NCBI GenBank assembly: GCA_965221165.1
Contig: CBDCRP010000003.1
Coordinates: 128,001 to 192,000 of the forward strand
Direction of reading: 5' to 3'
Source: a bacterium
Lineage (GTDB): Bacteria; UBA8248
Length of the DNA stretch: 64,000 nucleotides
Made by a program: the position numbers and the translations under genes. Shown piece by piece: positions 20,160 through 30,787 of this stretch (its first letter is position 1; the number at the start of each line of letters is the position of its first letter). Under the pieces are notes generated by a model. The model was not told where the DNA came from. It saw nothing but the letters and a program-made list of their open reading frames with translations, and searched no databases.

Positions 20160-22018
20160 ACCCCAAGAAAAATCTCCTATTGCTTCTCGTTTTGGTGGTC
20201 ATTGGTGGCGCATATTACGTCTACGACGTGAAATGGGCCGCCGAGAAACGTACCGCCGAGGAACAAAAGGTCAAACTCCTCAAGGGGATTGACGAGAAGG
20301 CGCTGATACGCATCGACGTATCGAAAGAAGATGAACCCTACCAGATCATCCGAACGGAGAAAGGGTGGCGCTTCGTCAAACCCGTCGACGCCGCCGTTGA
20401 TGCGGATGAGGTCGAGAAGCTCCTCGAAGCAGCGGCGAAACTCCGGGAGCGCCGGCGAATCGGAAGCGTAAAAGACAAATCGGAATTCGGAATGGACGAG
20501 CCCAGGATGAAAATCACATTCGGGCTGAAGGACAAGGACGATGTTTCCGTCGAGATCGGGGACAGAACCCCCACACGTGAATTTCGATATGCCGCGCTGG
20601 CGAAAAGCCCCGGAATTTTCACCCTCCAGCTTTCCGACATTGCCAAGTTTGATAAAACGGTATTCAGCATTCGGGACAGGTCGATCGTTCCCATTTTGCC
20701 CGAGCGCGCCCAAAAGGTGGTTGTCGAACCTCAGGATGGTGGTGGCTTCACGGTTGTTCGAAAGAGCAAAGATGAATGGGCGCTGGCGAAACCCATCGAG
20801 GACAGGGCCGACTCCATTGATTCCGAGGGCATCGTATCTACCCTGAAATGGGACAAGGTACAGAAATTCGTTGATGAAAATCCCAAGAATCTCGTACCCT
20901 ATGGTCTGGATAAACCCAAAATTACGGTGCGCATCTTCACGGAAGAGAAAGAAAAACACGAAGACGGGGTTATCCTGGGCAACAAAAAGGTGGAAGCGCC
21001 CGGACCGAAAAGCCCCCAGAAGAAACCAAAGGTTTATTATTACGCCAGGAGGCTCTCCGGCGGCCCCGTCATGCTCATCAATGAGAAAACATTCCAGGAG
21101 CTGCCCAAATCCGTATTCTCCTTGAGGCACAAGACCGTCATCGATTATGACGTCGACCACATCACCCGCCTTCTGGTTGAATCGAAATCCCAAAAACTCG
21201 ACATCGTCCGAAAGGCGAAGAAAAAATGGGACCTACGCCTCGCTGCGGCGGATGGAAAACAAAAAAATCTCACCGGCCGACACAAGCACGTGGATGACCT
21301 TTTGTGGGACATCAAGTGGAGCAATTCCATAGAATATGTGGACGCCCCCGGGGATGACCTCTCCAAATACGCCCTGGGGCGTGAAGACGGCAAGGGCGCG
21401 CCGCTTCATTACACCCTCTGGCTTAAAAAGAAAGAAGACGGGCCGCTGGAGAAAAAAGCGTTCATCATCGGGCGGTTTCTGAAGGAGAAGAAGAGGGCGT
21501 ACGGCCAAATTGAAGGGGAAAAACGCCTGTTCGCCATCAAGAAGGAAGATTATGACAAGATTACGAAAACGCCCTATTTCCTGAGTGAGCGGCGTTTGCT
21601 CCTCTACGGGAAAGACGGTGAAATCACGGAAGTTACGGCGCGATTTCCCGATAAATCCTCCATGACGGCTGAGCGCTTCGGCGAAGGGTGGCGCTTCCTC
21701 TCTCCCGAGGGGAAAGAGGCCGAACCCGGCAACGTGAATGACCTCGTAGGCGCTCTCAGGGATTTCGAGAGAGAAGGGGAGGCGGAACCGGGTGAAGCGC
21801 CAGATTTCAAAGACTTTATCGTCGAACTCTCGGGCAGGGATATCCGCCACGCGAAATGGGGGCCGTTTCTGTTTGCCGGCAAGACGGGTTCCGAGTTCCT
21901 TTATGTGAGAGAAGGCGATAAAACCTACCGCATCAAGAAGAAATACAATGAGGATAAGCTCCCTAAAGAATTGAAAGATTGGGAGAAAGAAAAAAAGAAA
22001 GAAGACGGCGCCGCATAG
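20156..22018 (+). CDS. DUF4340 repeat protein
   Basis: N-terminal TM; repeated W...P...AD / YGL..P units; usual fourth gene of GldAFG-like operons. Confidence 0.8.
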   Translation: MNPKKNLLLLLVLVVIGGAYYVYDVKWAAEKRTAEEQKVKLLKGIDEKALIRIDVSKEDEPYQIIRTEKGWRFVKPVDAAVDADEVEKLLEAAAKLRERRRIGSVKDKSEFGMDEPRMKITFGLKDKDDVSVEIGDRTPTREFRYAALAKSPGIFTLQLSDIAKFDKTVFSIRDRSIVPILPERAQKVVVEPQDGGGFTVVRKSKDEWALAKPIEDRADSIDSEGIVSTLKWDKVQKFVDENPKNLVPYGLDKPKITVRIFTEEKEKHEDGVILGNKKVEAPGPKSPQKKPKVYYYARRLSGGPVMLINEKTFQELPKSVFSLRHKTVIDYDVDHITRLLVESKSQKLDIVRKAKKKWDLRLAAADGKQKNLTGRHKHVDDLLWDIKWSNSIEYVDAPGDDLSKYALGREDGKGAPLHYTLWLKKKEDGPLEKKAFIIGRFLKEKKRAYGQIEGEKRLFAIKKEDYDKITKTPYFLSERRLLLYGKDGEITEVTARFPDKSSMTAERFGEGWRFLSPEGKEAEPGNVNDLVGALRDFEREGEAEPGEAPDFKDFIVELSGRDIRHAKWGPFLFAGKTGSEFLYVREGDKTYRIKKKYNEDKLPKELKDWEKEKKKEDGAA

Positions 22019-22181
22019 AATTCGCCCACCGATAAACCCGCCTCGAGGCCCTCATCGGACTTTACGCTCTAAAATTACCGCTTGAATCCACAATCCGGCA
22101 ACAAATTATAACAATTCCAATAACAATACCTTATGTTGATATATCTAGAACTAAAATAAACTAAAATTCCGGCAGGACGGA

Positions 22182-23582
22182 TCAAAACGACTCGAAAGTG
22201 GGAGAAGTTTGCCAGCCGCCGCTTTCCTCCTCCAGGGCGTGGGCGATTCGGTACAGCCCGCTTTCACCGAAATCGGGACCGACCAGTTGCACCGCGAGAG
22301 GCAGCCCGTCTTCAGAAAAACCCCGGGGCAGGGATATCGCGGGCGCGCCCAGGGCGTTGGCCCAGCGCGTATAGCGCGTCAACGAGGAAATCAGCCCCTC
22401 CGCCTCAGAGCGCGCCTGTGCGTGAGAGGGTGCGGGAATCGGCGTCGTCGGAGAGGCCAGAGCATCCACGGCGGAGAACACCTCGCTCTCGTAGTGATGA
22501 ATCAACTCCTTACGCCTGGCGAGCGCGGCATGGTATTCGGCTCCATGAATCCCGCGCCCGGCTTCCAGGCGCGCCAGGATCTCGGGCGTCACCTGTTCCT
22601 CGTATTTCTCAAGGCGCTCGCCGTGTAGCATCAGCGCCTCGTATTTGAAAATCGTGTTGGCGAGTTCCTCGAGTTCTTCCGCATAAGGAGGCGGCATCGG
22701 AACGAGGTTCGCGCCCAGGCGCTCGAGCGCCTCGCATGCTACCCCGTAAGCCGCCCGCATCTCCTTTGAAGCGCCGCTCAACTCCGCATCTTCCAACACG
22801 CCCACGCGAACGCCCTCGATGTCCCCCTTCAGGGCATCGGCGTAGTCGGGCACCGCTCGTGTGCTCGCGCTCGCATTCTGGGGGTCCGCCCCCGCAATGG
22901 CGGAGAGCACCAGCGCGTTGTCCTCCACCGTTCGCGTGAGCGGACCAAAGGTGTCGAGCGTCCAGGAGAGCGCCATTCCTCCGTGTCGGCTCACGCGGCC
23001 ATTCGTGGGCTTCATACCAACGACGCCGCAAAACGCCGCCGGTATGCGGATGGAGCCTCCCGTATCCGTGCCGATCGCGGCCAGCGCCAGCCCCCCGGCG
23101 ACCGCGCACCCCGCCCCGCTGCTCGATCCCCCCGTGACGTGGCCCTGCTTCCAGGGGTTCTGCGGGTTTCCGAAATGCCTGTTGCGCCCCGTCGGCCCCA
23201 TGGCGAGTTCCGCCATGTTGAGTTTTCCCATGTTGACGGCGCCCCCGGCTTCAAGGCGCTTCCAGATGCTCGATACCGCATCCGGCGGAGGATCTTCTCG
23301 AAACATCACGCTTCCGCAAGTCGTGGGAACGTCCGGAATATAGCAGAGGTCCTTGTAGGCCACGGGTATGCCGTCCAGCGGGCCGAATTCATCGCCGAAG
23401 CGAAACCTGCGCTCGGATTCCCGCGCCGCCCTGCGCAACCCTTTTTCGTTGACGTGCAAATAGGCTCTGAGATGGAGATTCCATTGCTTGATGAGGGCGA
23501 GGGCGTCATCTGCGATTTCGACCGGCGAGACCTCTCCGGCGCGGTAGGCATCCCGAAGCCTCGTAATCGTCCAGTGGCTCAT
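22182..23582 (-). CDS. Amidase signature family protein
   Basis: LDGIPVAYKD, GGSSSG, GTDTGGSIRIPA; start taken at ATG 23582. Confidence 0.93.
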   Translation of the reverse strand: MSHWTITRLRDAYRAGEVSPVEIADDALALIKQWNLHLRAYLHVNEKGLRRAARESERRFRFGDEFGPLDGIPVAYKDLCYIPDVPTTCGSVMFREDPPPDAVSSIWKRLEAGGAVNMGKLNMAELAMGPTGRNRHFGNPQNPWKQGHVTGGSSSGAGCAVAGGLALAAIGTDTGGSIRIPAAFCGVVGMKPTNGRVSRHGGMALSWTLDTFGPLTRTVEDNALVLSAIAGADPQNASASTRAVPDYADALKGDIEGVRVGVLEDAELSGASKEMRAAYGVACEALERLGANLVPMPPPYAEELEELANTIFKYEALMLHGERLEKYEEQVTPEILARLEAGRGIHGAEYHAALARRKELIHHYESEVFSAVDALASPTTPIPAPSHAQARSEAEGLISSLTRYTRWANALGAPAISLPRGFSEDGLPLAVQLVGPDFGESGLYRIAHALEEESGGWQTSPTFESF

Positions 23583-23616
23583 TGGCGGATTCCGCGAAAG
23601 GGCGAGGCGGGAAAGA

Positions 23617-24180
23617 TCATCCGCGTCCCGGGTAGCCCGGCGCATTGATGACGCGCGTCATCTGGTCCTGGTGCAGATAGTCGTGCGTTCCCGAGTAGAC
23701 GATGCGATCGTAGATGTTGAGGTCGCCATAGCGAAAATGCTCGTGTACGCAGCGGCTCATGTCGGTGCTCCGGTGGGGAAGCATCATCCGGTGAACCGCC
23801 TCCCTGTTGGACATGAGGGCAGCTATCATTTCACGGAATTCGCCTTCGCCCTTGGGGATGAGAAAATCGGGCGCCGGAACCCGGCCCTGCTCCCTGCGCC
23901 TGAGCGCCTCGCGGCTCATCTTCTGCGGGTTCTCGGGAGCCGTATCCCACGAGCCGGACTCCGCCGCCTCCGCGAGACTCTTTTCGATGGAGCGCGCGTA
24001 ATAATCGTCCGTCAAAAGGATGTGCTCGAGATTCTCGTGCAGGGACCATTCACCATCGGGAGGCTGCCAGTTCACGTGGGCGGGGTCGATGCCCTCCAGA
24101 AAGGAGATCAGGTTTCTTCTGTCCTCGAAAGCAGAGCCAAAAGCCTCATCGAACATTTCCTCTGGAGTCATCGTCATCAT
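23617..24180 (-). CDS. DinB family protein
   Basis: WS..E.LEH and H..H..Q metal-ligand pattern. Confidence 0.8.
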   Translation of the reverse strand: MMTMTPEEMFDEAFGSAFEDRRNLISFLEGIDPAHVNWQPPDGEWSLHENLEHILLTDDYYARSIEKSLAEAAESGSWDTAPENPQKMSREALRRREQGRVPAPDFLIPKGEGEFREMIAALMSNREAVHRMMLPHRSTDMSRCVHEHFRYGDLNIYDRIVYSGTHDYLHQDQMTRVINAPGYPGRG

Positions 24181-24240
24181 CCTTCACGTCGCGGTGGGCG
24201 AGGGCCTTTGAATTCCATCAACCATTTCCAGAAGCGGATT

Positions 24241-25148
24241 TCAGGAATCCCGCCTTGCGCCGGGAGAGCGCACCTCGATGTCCAGCCATTCTTCCCAGAG
24301 TTTGATGAGCGAGGCGTATTCATCCGCTCCGTATCCTTTCTGAATCGCCATTTCATAGACGTGATGCGTCGCGCCGGCGATGAAGGTGGGAACGCGCAGT
24401 TCACGCGCCAGCTCGAGGCACAAATCGGAATCTTTCGTGGCGAGATCGGTCGTCATCCCGGGGGTGAATTCTCCCGGCAGGATATGTTTTCTGAGCCTGT
24501 CCTCCACCTGGCGGCTGCGCCCCGAACTGACGGAGATGACGTCGCAGAGCAAATCGGGGTCGGCTCCCGCCGCGACGCCCAGGGACATGGCCTCGGTCAA
24601 CGCCGCGAGGTTCACGTGCGAGAGCATGTTGTTCACGACCTTGAACAACATGCCCATACCGGATGCGCCGCAATGAAAGATGTTCTTTCCAAAATGCGCG
24701 AGCAGGGGCTTGAGCCTTTCGAACCCCGCCTCGCCGCCGCCCACCATCAGCGTGAGGGTTCCGGCCTCCGCACCCTTTACGCCGCCGCTCACGGCGGCAT
24801 CCATCAACTCCGCCCCGTGCGCTTTCACCCGGGGGGCCAGTTCCTTGATGAGGGAAGGGGAGACGGTGCTCGTCTCCGCCAGGAGCGCCCCGGCTCGTGC
24901 ATCGGCCAGAATTCCCTCCTCACCCAGAATCACTTCGCGCGATATGTCGGGATGCGGCAAGGACGTGAATATGACCTCTGAGCGGGAAGCGACGTCCGCC
25001 GGGCTTCGTCCTGCGCGCGCGCCTTTTCTCTCGGCCTCCCGAGTGGCTTCCTCTCGAACGTCGTAAGCGGTTACTTCGTGACCCGCGCGAATGAGATGGG
25101 CGCAAATCCGGCTCCCCATCCTTCCAGGCCGATAAACCCAAGCTCCAC
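24241..25148 (-). pseudogene. 3-hydroxyisobutyrate dehydrogenase-family oxidoreductase with a 1-nt frameshift (pseudogene or sequence error)
   Basis: RBS GGGGAG + GTG at 25148 gives MELGFIGL; body RMGSRI...DAAVSGG...KVVNN continues in another frame; ctg-ga-agg near 25124 lacks one G. Confidence 0.8.
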
Positions 25149-25197
25149 CTTTGTCTCCCCAGGGGATGCCCGATTCGCTCATCGTCAATGAATAAAA

Positions 25198-25274
<77 letters not shown>

Positions 25275-25394
25275 ACCGAAAGAAATGTTCCGCGCAAAAG
25301 GCCCGGGCACGCCCGGGTGGCGGGCCGAACCGCGCCGAATTTTCGGCGAAAGAAATATCTCAGGCTATGTAGTAAGGCTTAAGCGTGGCTTTCG

Positions 25395-26075
25395 TCAAGG
25401 GCTTCGCGTCATTGAGGCCGGGGAAATGAATTTGTCTCGAAAACGGCGATTGGTGGAAGAGGGGGAAATTCCGGGAAGGGGGGAGAAGAGGCTGGGTACT
25501 CCGAAATCGCTGCTGTGCATCGTGGCGATCCGGTGGCCCCCGGTTTTCGAAACCGTGGTGCGCGTCATCTCGCGCAACGGGACGACCTGACCGCCGACGA
25601 GTAGAAGCATTTTCCCTTTTTTGAGTATCACGGTGGTGAAATGGTTATAGGCCTTCAGGGCGAATTCAGCCCCCTTGCCGCGCAGCATTCCCGTAGGCGT
25701 CATAACGCTCAGGTTTAGCCCGCAGGAAGATTGAGCACATTTCACGGTGCCCCAGTTCAGTTTCGTCGAATACGTGCCGCCCCGCTTCAGGCCCATCAGC
25801 TTGAAGGAGGTGTTCGGTCCCAGAAGCAGCCGACAGCCCGGGCGGCGGCGAAAATGAATGAGCGCCCGAGAACTCCCGCTCGTGACGATGTGATCGCCCG
25901 GAAGCATCGAGCGTTTGCCTCTCAGAGAGACTTTTTTTCCGCGCGAAATAACAACGTGAGGAAGGCCGGATATAGCCCGCATATCGACGAGGAATCTGTT
26001 TTCCGGGGCAGCGGATGAAACCACGCACAGGGGAACGAGGTGCACTCCAAGAATCAAGATTCTAAGCCTGGTCAT
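25395..26075 (-). CDS. FecR-domain exported protein
   Basis: Signal-like N-terminus; GD.I.T...SRA, L.PNT, V.TPTG..RGKG.EF pattern. Confidence 0.65.
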   Translation of the reverse strand: MTRLRILILGVHLVPLCVVSSAAPENRFLVDMRAISGLPHVVISRGKKVSLRGKRSMLPGDHIVTSGSSRALIHFRRRPGCRLLLGPNTSFKLMGLKRGGTYSTKLNWGTVKCAQSSCGLNLSVMTPTGMLRGKGAEFALKAYNHFTTVILKKGKMLLLVGGQVVPLREMTRTTVSKTGGHRIATMHSSDFGVPSLFSPLPGISPSSTNRRFRDKFISPASMTRSP

Positions 26076-26191
26076 GTTATCCCCGTGGAGTGGCGGCGAT
26101 CCCCGAAACCGCATCTAGTTTTGTAAAGGATTTTCCAGGGATTTGCAAGCTCCCTAACTAACGGAAAAATCATGGTTTCTCGAATCCTGGA

Positions 26192-26671
26192 CTAAAGAAG
26201 CGGGCTGCGGCGCGTCGTGATGACGCCGGTTCTCATGCCCGCCGTATGCAAGCCGCCCCTCAGGCGGCCGTGTTCAATCTTCATGCACCTGTCCATGACG
26301 ACGAGAAGACCCTCGTCTCTCGCCCGGCGAGCTTCCGCCTCGTTCACCACGCCGAATTGCAGCCAGATGGATTTGGCGCCGACCGCCATCGCCTCGTCCA
26401 CCACTTCTGAAATTTCATCCGGCCTGCGAAACACGTCCACCACGTCGGGAGGCTCGGGTATCGATTCAACGTCGGGGTAGGATTTTTGGCCCAGTATCCG
26501 TTCGTATCTGGGGTTCACGGGAATCACCTCGAAGCCCATTCTTTGCAGGTAATAACCCACGAAGTAGCTGGGTCTCGATTCATTCGCCGAGAGACCCACC
26601 ATTGCCACGCGGCGATGATTTCGCAGGATATGACGAATCGTGTGCGGGTTTTGATACGCGGGAAAATCCAT
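26192..26671 (-). CDS. CoA-binding protein (YccU-like)
   Basis: VAMVGLS...RPS, PVNP, VDVFR, IWLQFG, VMDRCMKIEH; start overlaps the metY stop. Confidence 0.92.
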   Translation of the reverse strand: MDFPAYQNPHTIRHILRNHRRVAMVGLSANESRPSYFVGYYLQRMGFEVIPVNPRYERILGQKSYPDVESIPEPPDVVDVFRRPDEISEVVDEAMAVGAKSIWLQFGVVNEAEARRARDEGLLVVMDRCMKIEHGRLRGGLHTAGMRTGVITTRRSPLL

Positions 26672-27990
26672 CACTTGCTCCTCGTCGCTGCATCGAGCGC
26701 CTGATCCAGGTCCCACAGAATATCGTCTATATGTTCGAGGCCCACCGATATCCGGATGAGGTCGGGCGTGACGTTTCCCGCCTTCATGTCCTCCTCGCTC
26801 AACTGGGCGTGCGTCGTGGAAGCCGGATGGATGATGAGGCTTTTGGCATCGCCGACGTTCGCCAGATGACTGTGCAGTTGAAGAGCGTTGATGAAGTGAA
26901 CGGCGGCCTCGAATCCGCCCCGGACGCCGAAGGAAAAAACGGCGCCCCGTCCATTCGACAGATATTTTTGCGCCTTCGCGTACTCGGGACTATCCGGCAG
27001 TCCGGGATGGCTCACGAAACTGATGCGTGCATCCTGTGCGAGATACTCGGCCACCCTCTGCGCGTTCTCGCAGTGGCGACCCATCCGCAGGCTCAGGGTT
27101 TCCAGCCCCTGAAGAAACAAAAAAGCGTTGAAGGGACTCGGACACGGACCGATGTCGCGCAGGCTCTCCGCACGCGCCTTCATCAGGAAACCGTACTCGC
27201 CGAAGGTCTCGAAAAACCGCATACCGTGATAGCCCGGCGAGGGATCGACCATGCCCGGAAATTTTCCGTTCGCCCAGTTGAAGCGCCCCGAATCCACGAT
27301 GACGCCGCCGATGCTCGTACCGTGCCCGCCGATGAATTTGGTGGTCGAATGCAGGACGATGTCCGCCCCCCACTCGATGGGGCGGCAAAGGCAGGGGGTG
27401 GCGAAGGTGTTGTCCACCACGAGGGGCACGCCCGCCTCGTTCGCGATTTTAGCCAGCACTTCCAAATCGGCGACGTTCGTGCGCGGGTTCCCTATCGTCT
27501 CGCAGTAGATGGCGCGCGTTTTATCCGTGACGGCGGCCGCGAAATTATCGCTCTTAGCCGGATCGACGAAGACCGTTTCGATACCGAGTTTTCTCAGCGT
27601 GATGTCGAACTGCGTGTAGGTGCCCCCGTAGAGGGTGGCGGCCGATACGATTTCATCCCCCGGCGCCATCAGGGTGAACAGCGCGATGAACTGCGCGGCC
27701 TGGCCCGAGGCCGTCGCCAGCGCGCCGGCGCCTCCCTCCAGAGTGGCGATGCGCTCCTCGAAGGCGCTCGTCGTGGGATTTCCGATGCGCGAGTAGATGT
27801 AGCCATAATCCTGCAGTGAGAATAGACCCGCCGCATGTTCGTCGTCGTCGAAGACGAAAGAGGAGGATTGATAGATCGGAACCGCCCGCGCCCCGGTGGT
27901 GGCGTCGGGCCGCGCGCCCGCATGGAGGGCGTTCGTATCGAAATGAAACTCTCGCGCGGCTGTTTCCTCGGGCGTGGAATTCTCGTTCAT
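26671..27990 (-). CDS. metY: O-acetylhomoserine aminocarboxypropyltransferase / sulfhydrylase
   Basis: [23 protein letters not shown] (PLP Lys), [18 protein letters not shown]; AGGAG RBS. Confidence 0.95.
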   Translation of the reverse strand: MNENSTPEETAAREFHFDTNALHAGARPDATTGARAVPIYQSSSFVFDDDEHAAGLFSLQDYGYIYSRIGNPTTSAFEERIATLEGGAGALATASGQAAQFIALFTLMAPGDEIVSAATLYGGTYTQFDITLRKLGIETVFVDPAKSDNFAAAVTDKTRAIYCETIGNPRTNVADLEVLAKIANEAGVPLVVDNTFATPCLCRPIEWGADIVLHSTTKFIGGHGTSIGGVIVDSGRFNWANGKFPGMVDPSPGYHGMRFFETFGEYGFLMKARAESLRDIGPCPSPFNAFLFLQGLETLSLRMGRHCENAQRVAEYLAQDARISFVSHPGLPDSPEYAKAQKYLSNGRGAVFSFGVRGGFEAAVHFINALQLHSHLANVGDAKSLIIHPASTTHAQLSEEDMKAGNVTPDLIRISVGLEHIDDILWDLDQALDAATRSK

Positions 27991-28179
27991 GCGCACTCCT
28001 CGAAACCCTAAAGTCCAAGTTTGTAATCCTTGAACCCTACAATAGCAAGCGATGCGCCCAAATAGAAGCCTCCTCCACCGGGGCGAAAATATCCGGAGGC
28101 GTTGATTTTATGCCCCCGACTGCACCATAATCGCTGTTCGTGATGACGCGCTCGCCCCGCAACCTGCACGTAAAGGTCC

Positions 28180-28935
28180 ATGGCTCGAATACTTCTTTGC
28201 AATGATGACGGCATCGACTCTGAAGGGTTGCGCGCCCTGTACGCGGCCCTTGCCCCGCTGGGGGAGTTGGTAGTCGTGGCGCCGGACAGGGAGCAGAGCG
28301 CGGCGGGACACTCCTTGAGCCTGCACCGGCCCCTGCGCATCAAGGAGTTGGAAAAAAACTGGTTCGCCGTGGACGGCACCCCCACAGACTGCGTCAACCT
28401 CGCCTTAAACGGCCTGATGAAAAACGAGCGCCCCGACATTCTCGTCTCCGGCATCAACCGGGGCGGAAACATGGGGGACGACATCACTTATTCGGGAACC
28501 GTGGCCGCCGCGATGGAAGCCACGCTCCTGGGGCTTCCGGCGGTGGCGATCTCTCTCGCCCATGAAGACGGGGAGACGCTCCTTTATGAACTGGCGGAAA
28601 AAGTTGCGCGCGCCGGTGCGAGGGAAGTATTATCCCGGGGACTGACGCCGGGCGTTCTGCTGAACATCAACGTCCCGAACATTTCCCCGCAAGAGTGCCG
28701 GGGAGAGAGAATCACCCGCCAGGGCAAGCGCATTTACGAGGAAGCCGTCGTGGAGAAGATCGACCCGCGCGGGCGCGAGTATTACTGGATAGGGGGAGGC
28801 AGCCTCCGGTGGGAGAAGGAACCCGACACCGACTTCGAGGCCGTCGCCGCGAAGGAGGTTTCCATCACGCCCCTGAGGCTCGACCTGACGGATTATGACG
28901 CGATGAAAGGGCTGGAATCTTGGCGATTTCATTAA
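28180..28935 (+). CDS. surE: 5'/3'-nucleotidase SurE
   Basis: NDDG, GTPTDCV, SGINRG, YSGTVAAA. Confidence 0.97.
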   Translation: MARILLCNDDGIDSEGLRALYAALAPLGELVVVAPDREQSAAGHSLSLHRPLRIKELEKNWFAVDGTPTDCVNLALNGLMKNERPDILVSGINRGGNMGDDITYSGTVAAAMEATLLGLPAVAISLAHEDGETLLYELAEKVARAGAREVLSRGLTPGVLLNINVPNISPQECRGERITRQGKRIYEEAVVEKIDPRGREYYWIGGGSLRWEKEPDTDFEAVAAKEVSITPLRLDLTDYDAMKGLESWRFH

Positions 28936-29600
28936 ACGGAAGACAGGAGAATCGCTGGCGGCACGCGCGCGAGGAGATGGTGGACAAGCAGATCATCGCC
29001 AGGGGCATTTCGGACGCCCGCGTGCTCGAGGTCCTGCGCGAGGTGCCGAGGCATCATTTCGCGCCCGATATATTTCAGGAAGCCGCCTATGCCGACAAGG
29101 CGCTGCCCATCGGACACGGGCAAACGATTTCCCAGCCCTATATGGCGGCCGCCGCACTCGAGGCCCTGGAACTCAGGGGCGGGGAGAAAGTGCTTGAGAT
29201 CGGAGCGGGTTCGGGTTACCTTACGGCGCTTCTCGGGAAGCTCGCCGGCTCCGTCCGCGCGATTGAAAGGGTGCCCGAGTTGTCGGTGCAAGCCAGGGAG
29301 CGGCTTGATTCTTTCGGCCTGACGAATTATATGCTCTGGACGGCGGACGGCACCTACGGCTGGCCGGAAGAAGCGCCCTTCGACGCCATCGTCAGCGCGG
29401 CGTCCGCACCTCGCGTTCCGGCGCCGTGGATGGAGCAACTCGCTCCCGGCGGCCGCATCGTCATGCCCTTGGGAGATGGGGAGAAGCAAACCCTCGTGCG
29501 ATTCCGCGCCACCAAGACGGGCGAAATGCTCGCACCCGAGGAGTTGATGAACTGCGTTTTTGTGAAATTGGTGGGAAAATACGGATGGGAGACACCATAA
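28920..29600 (+). CDS. pcm: Protein-L-isoaspartate O-methyltransferase
   Basis: [29 protein letters not shown]; follows surE; start uncertain. Confidence 0.95.
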   Translation: MAISLNGRQENRWRHAREEMVDKQIIARGISDARVLEVLREVPRHHFAPDIFQEAAYADKALPIGHGQTISQPYMAAAALEALELRGGEKVLEIGAGSGYLTALLGKLAGSVRAIERVPELSVQARERLDSFGLTNYMLWTADGTYGWPEEAPFDAIVSAASAPRVPAPWMEQLAPGGRIVMPLGDGEKQTLVRFRATKTGEMLAPEELMNCVFVKLVGKYGWETP

Positions 29601-29636
29601 GAGGGTGGTGAATCCACCGTTTCACGAGACTTGTGT

Positions 29637-29713
29637 CGGGGCGTAGCGCAGCCTGGTAGCGCGCCTGCTTCGGGAGCAGGAGGCCGGAGGTTCAAATCCT
29701 CTCGCCCCGACCA
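29637..29713 (+). tRNA. tRNA-Pro(CGG)
   Basis: CGGGGCGTAGCGCAGCCTGGTAGCGCG-CCTGC-TTCGGGA-GCAGG...TTCAAATCC...CCA, 77 nt. Confidence 0.97.
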
Positions 29714-30017
29714 TTTTTTTCATACCCTCACGAGAAACAACTCCGGATTCGCGATGCAGTTCGGCGCGCAGCAAATCTGTCGCAGGGTCTGGGAGGCGCC
29801 GGCATATATATCATGTAACACTTGAACTATTTAAGGTATATCATAAAATATATATTATTCAATATATCATATAGATACATGGATAATATCATATATTACT
29901 TTAGTTATATTATTTTCACTATTCACGATCTGCTGAAACCAATATACCATTGCAAAATGAAGGATGCGCCTACCCGATTTCCTGCTGAGAAAGGCACGGC
30001 CTTCTTGCGCAGCGGAT

Positions 30018-30048
30018 AAAAAAGAGGCGCCCCCGGCGGGACGCCCCT
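30018..30048 (-). terminator. Rho-independent terminator of the deleted metY copy
   Basis: Minus strand AGGGGCGTCCCGCCGGGGGCGCCTCTTTTTT. Confidence 0.75.
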
Positions 30049-30075
30049 GTTTCGTGTCTCTTGCGTTTTACGACA

Positions 30076-30642
<567 letters not shown>

Positions 30643-30787
30643 TCACCTTGACGGGGATCTTCTGAAGCAGTTGACCCGGAGTGGCTCCCGGCCCGAAGAT
30701 AGCCCGCTGAATCCGGCGTTATATCTGCTCGAAAACGGCGAGGGGAAAACTCGCCTCATCACCTAGAGGAAAGGAGAAGGTAGCGGC

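Noticed and set aside
16732-22018. Gliding motility system
   Set aside because: GldAFG-like ABC plus DUF4340 operons are widespread in non-gliding bacteria, and no other gld/spr genes are present.
29836-29866. Second dif/cer-like site (CATAA-N8-TTATTCAATAT)
   Set aside because: Poor XerD arm; such a match is expected by chance in a nearly pure AT tract.
29822-30019. 65-aa Tyr/Ile-rich ORF
   Set aside because: Low-complexity translation of the AT-rich tract with no RBS.
30025-30040. 12-bp match (GCCGGGGGCGCC) to the tRNA-Arg 3' end as a possible att site
   Set aside because: Inverted orientation, short and GC-rich, and fully explained as the terminator stem.
30650-30760. SAM-I riboswitch (GGCCCGAAGA resembles part of the consensus)
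   Set aside because: Wrong strand for metY, and the ATCxAGAG, GAGGGA and GCAACC core elements are missing.
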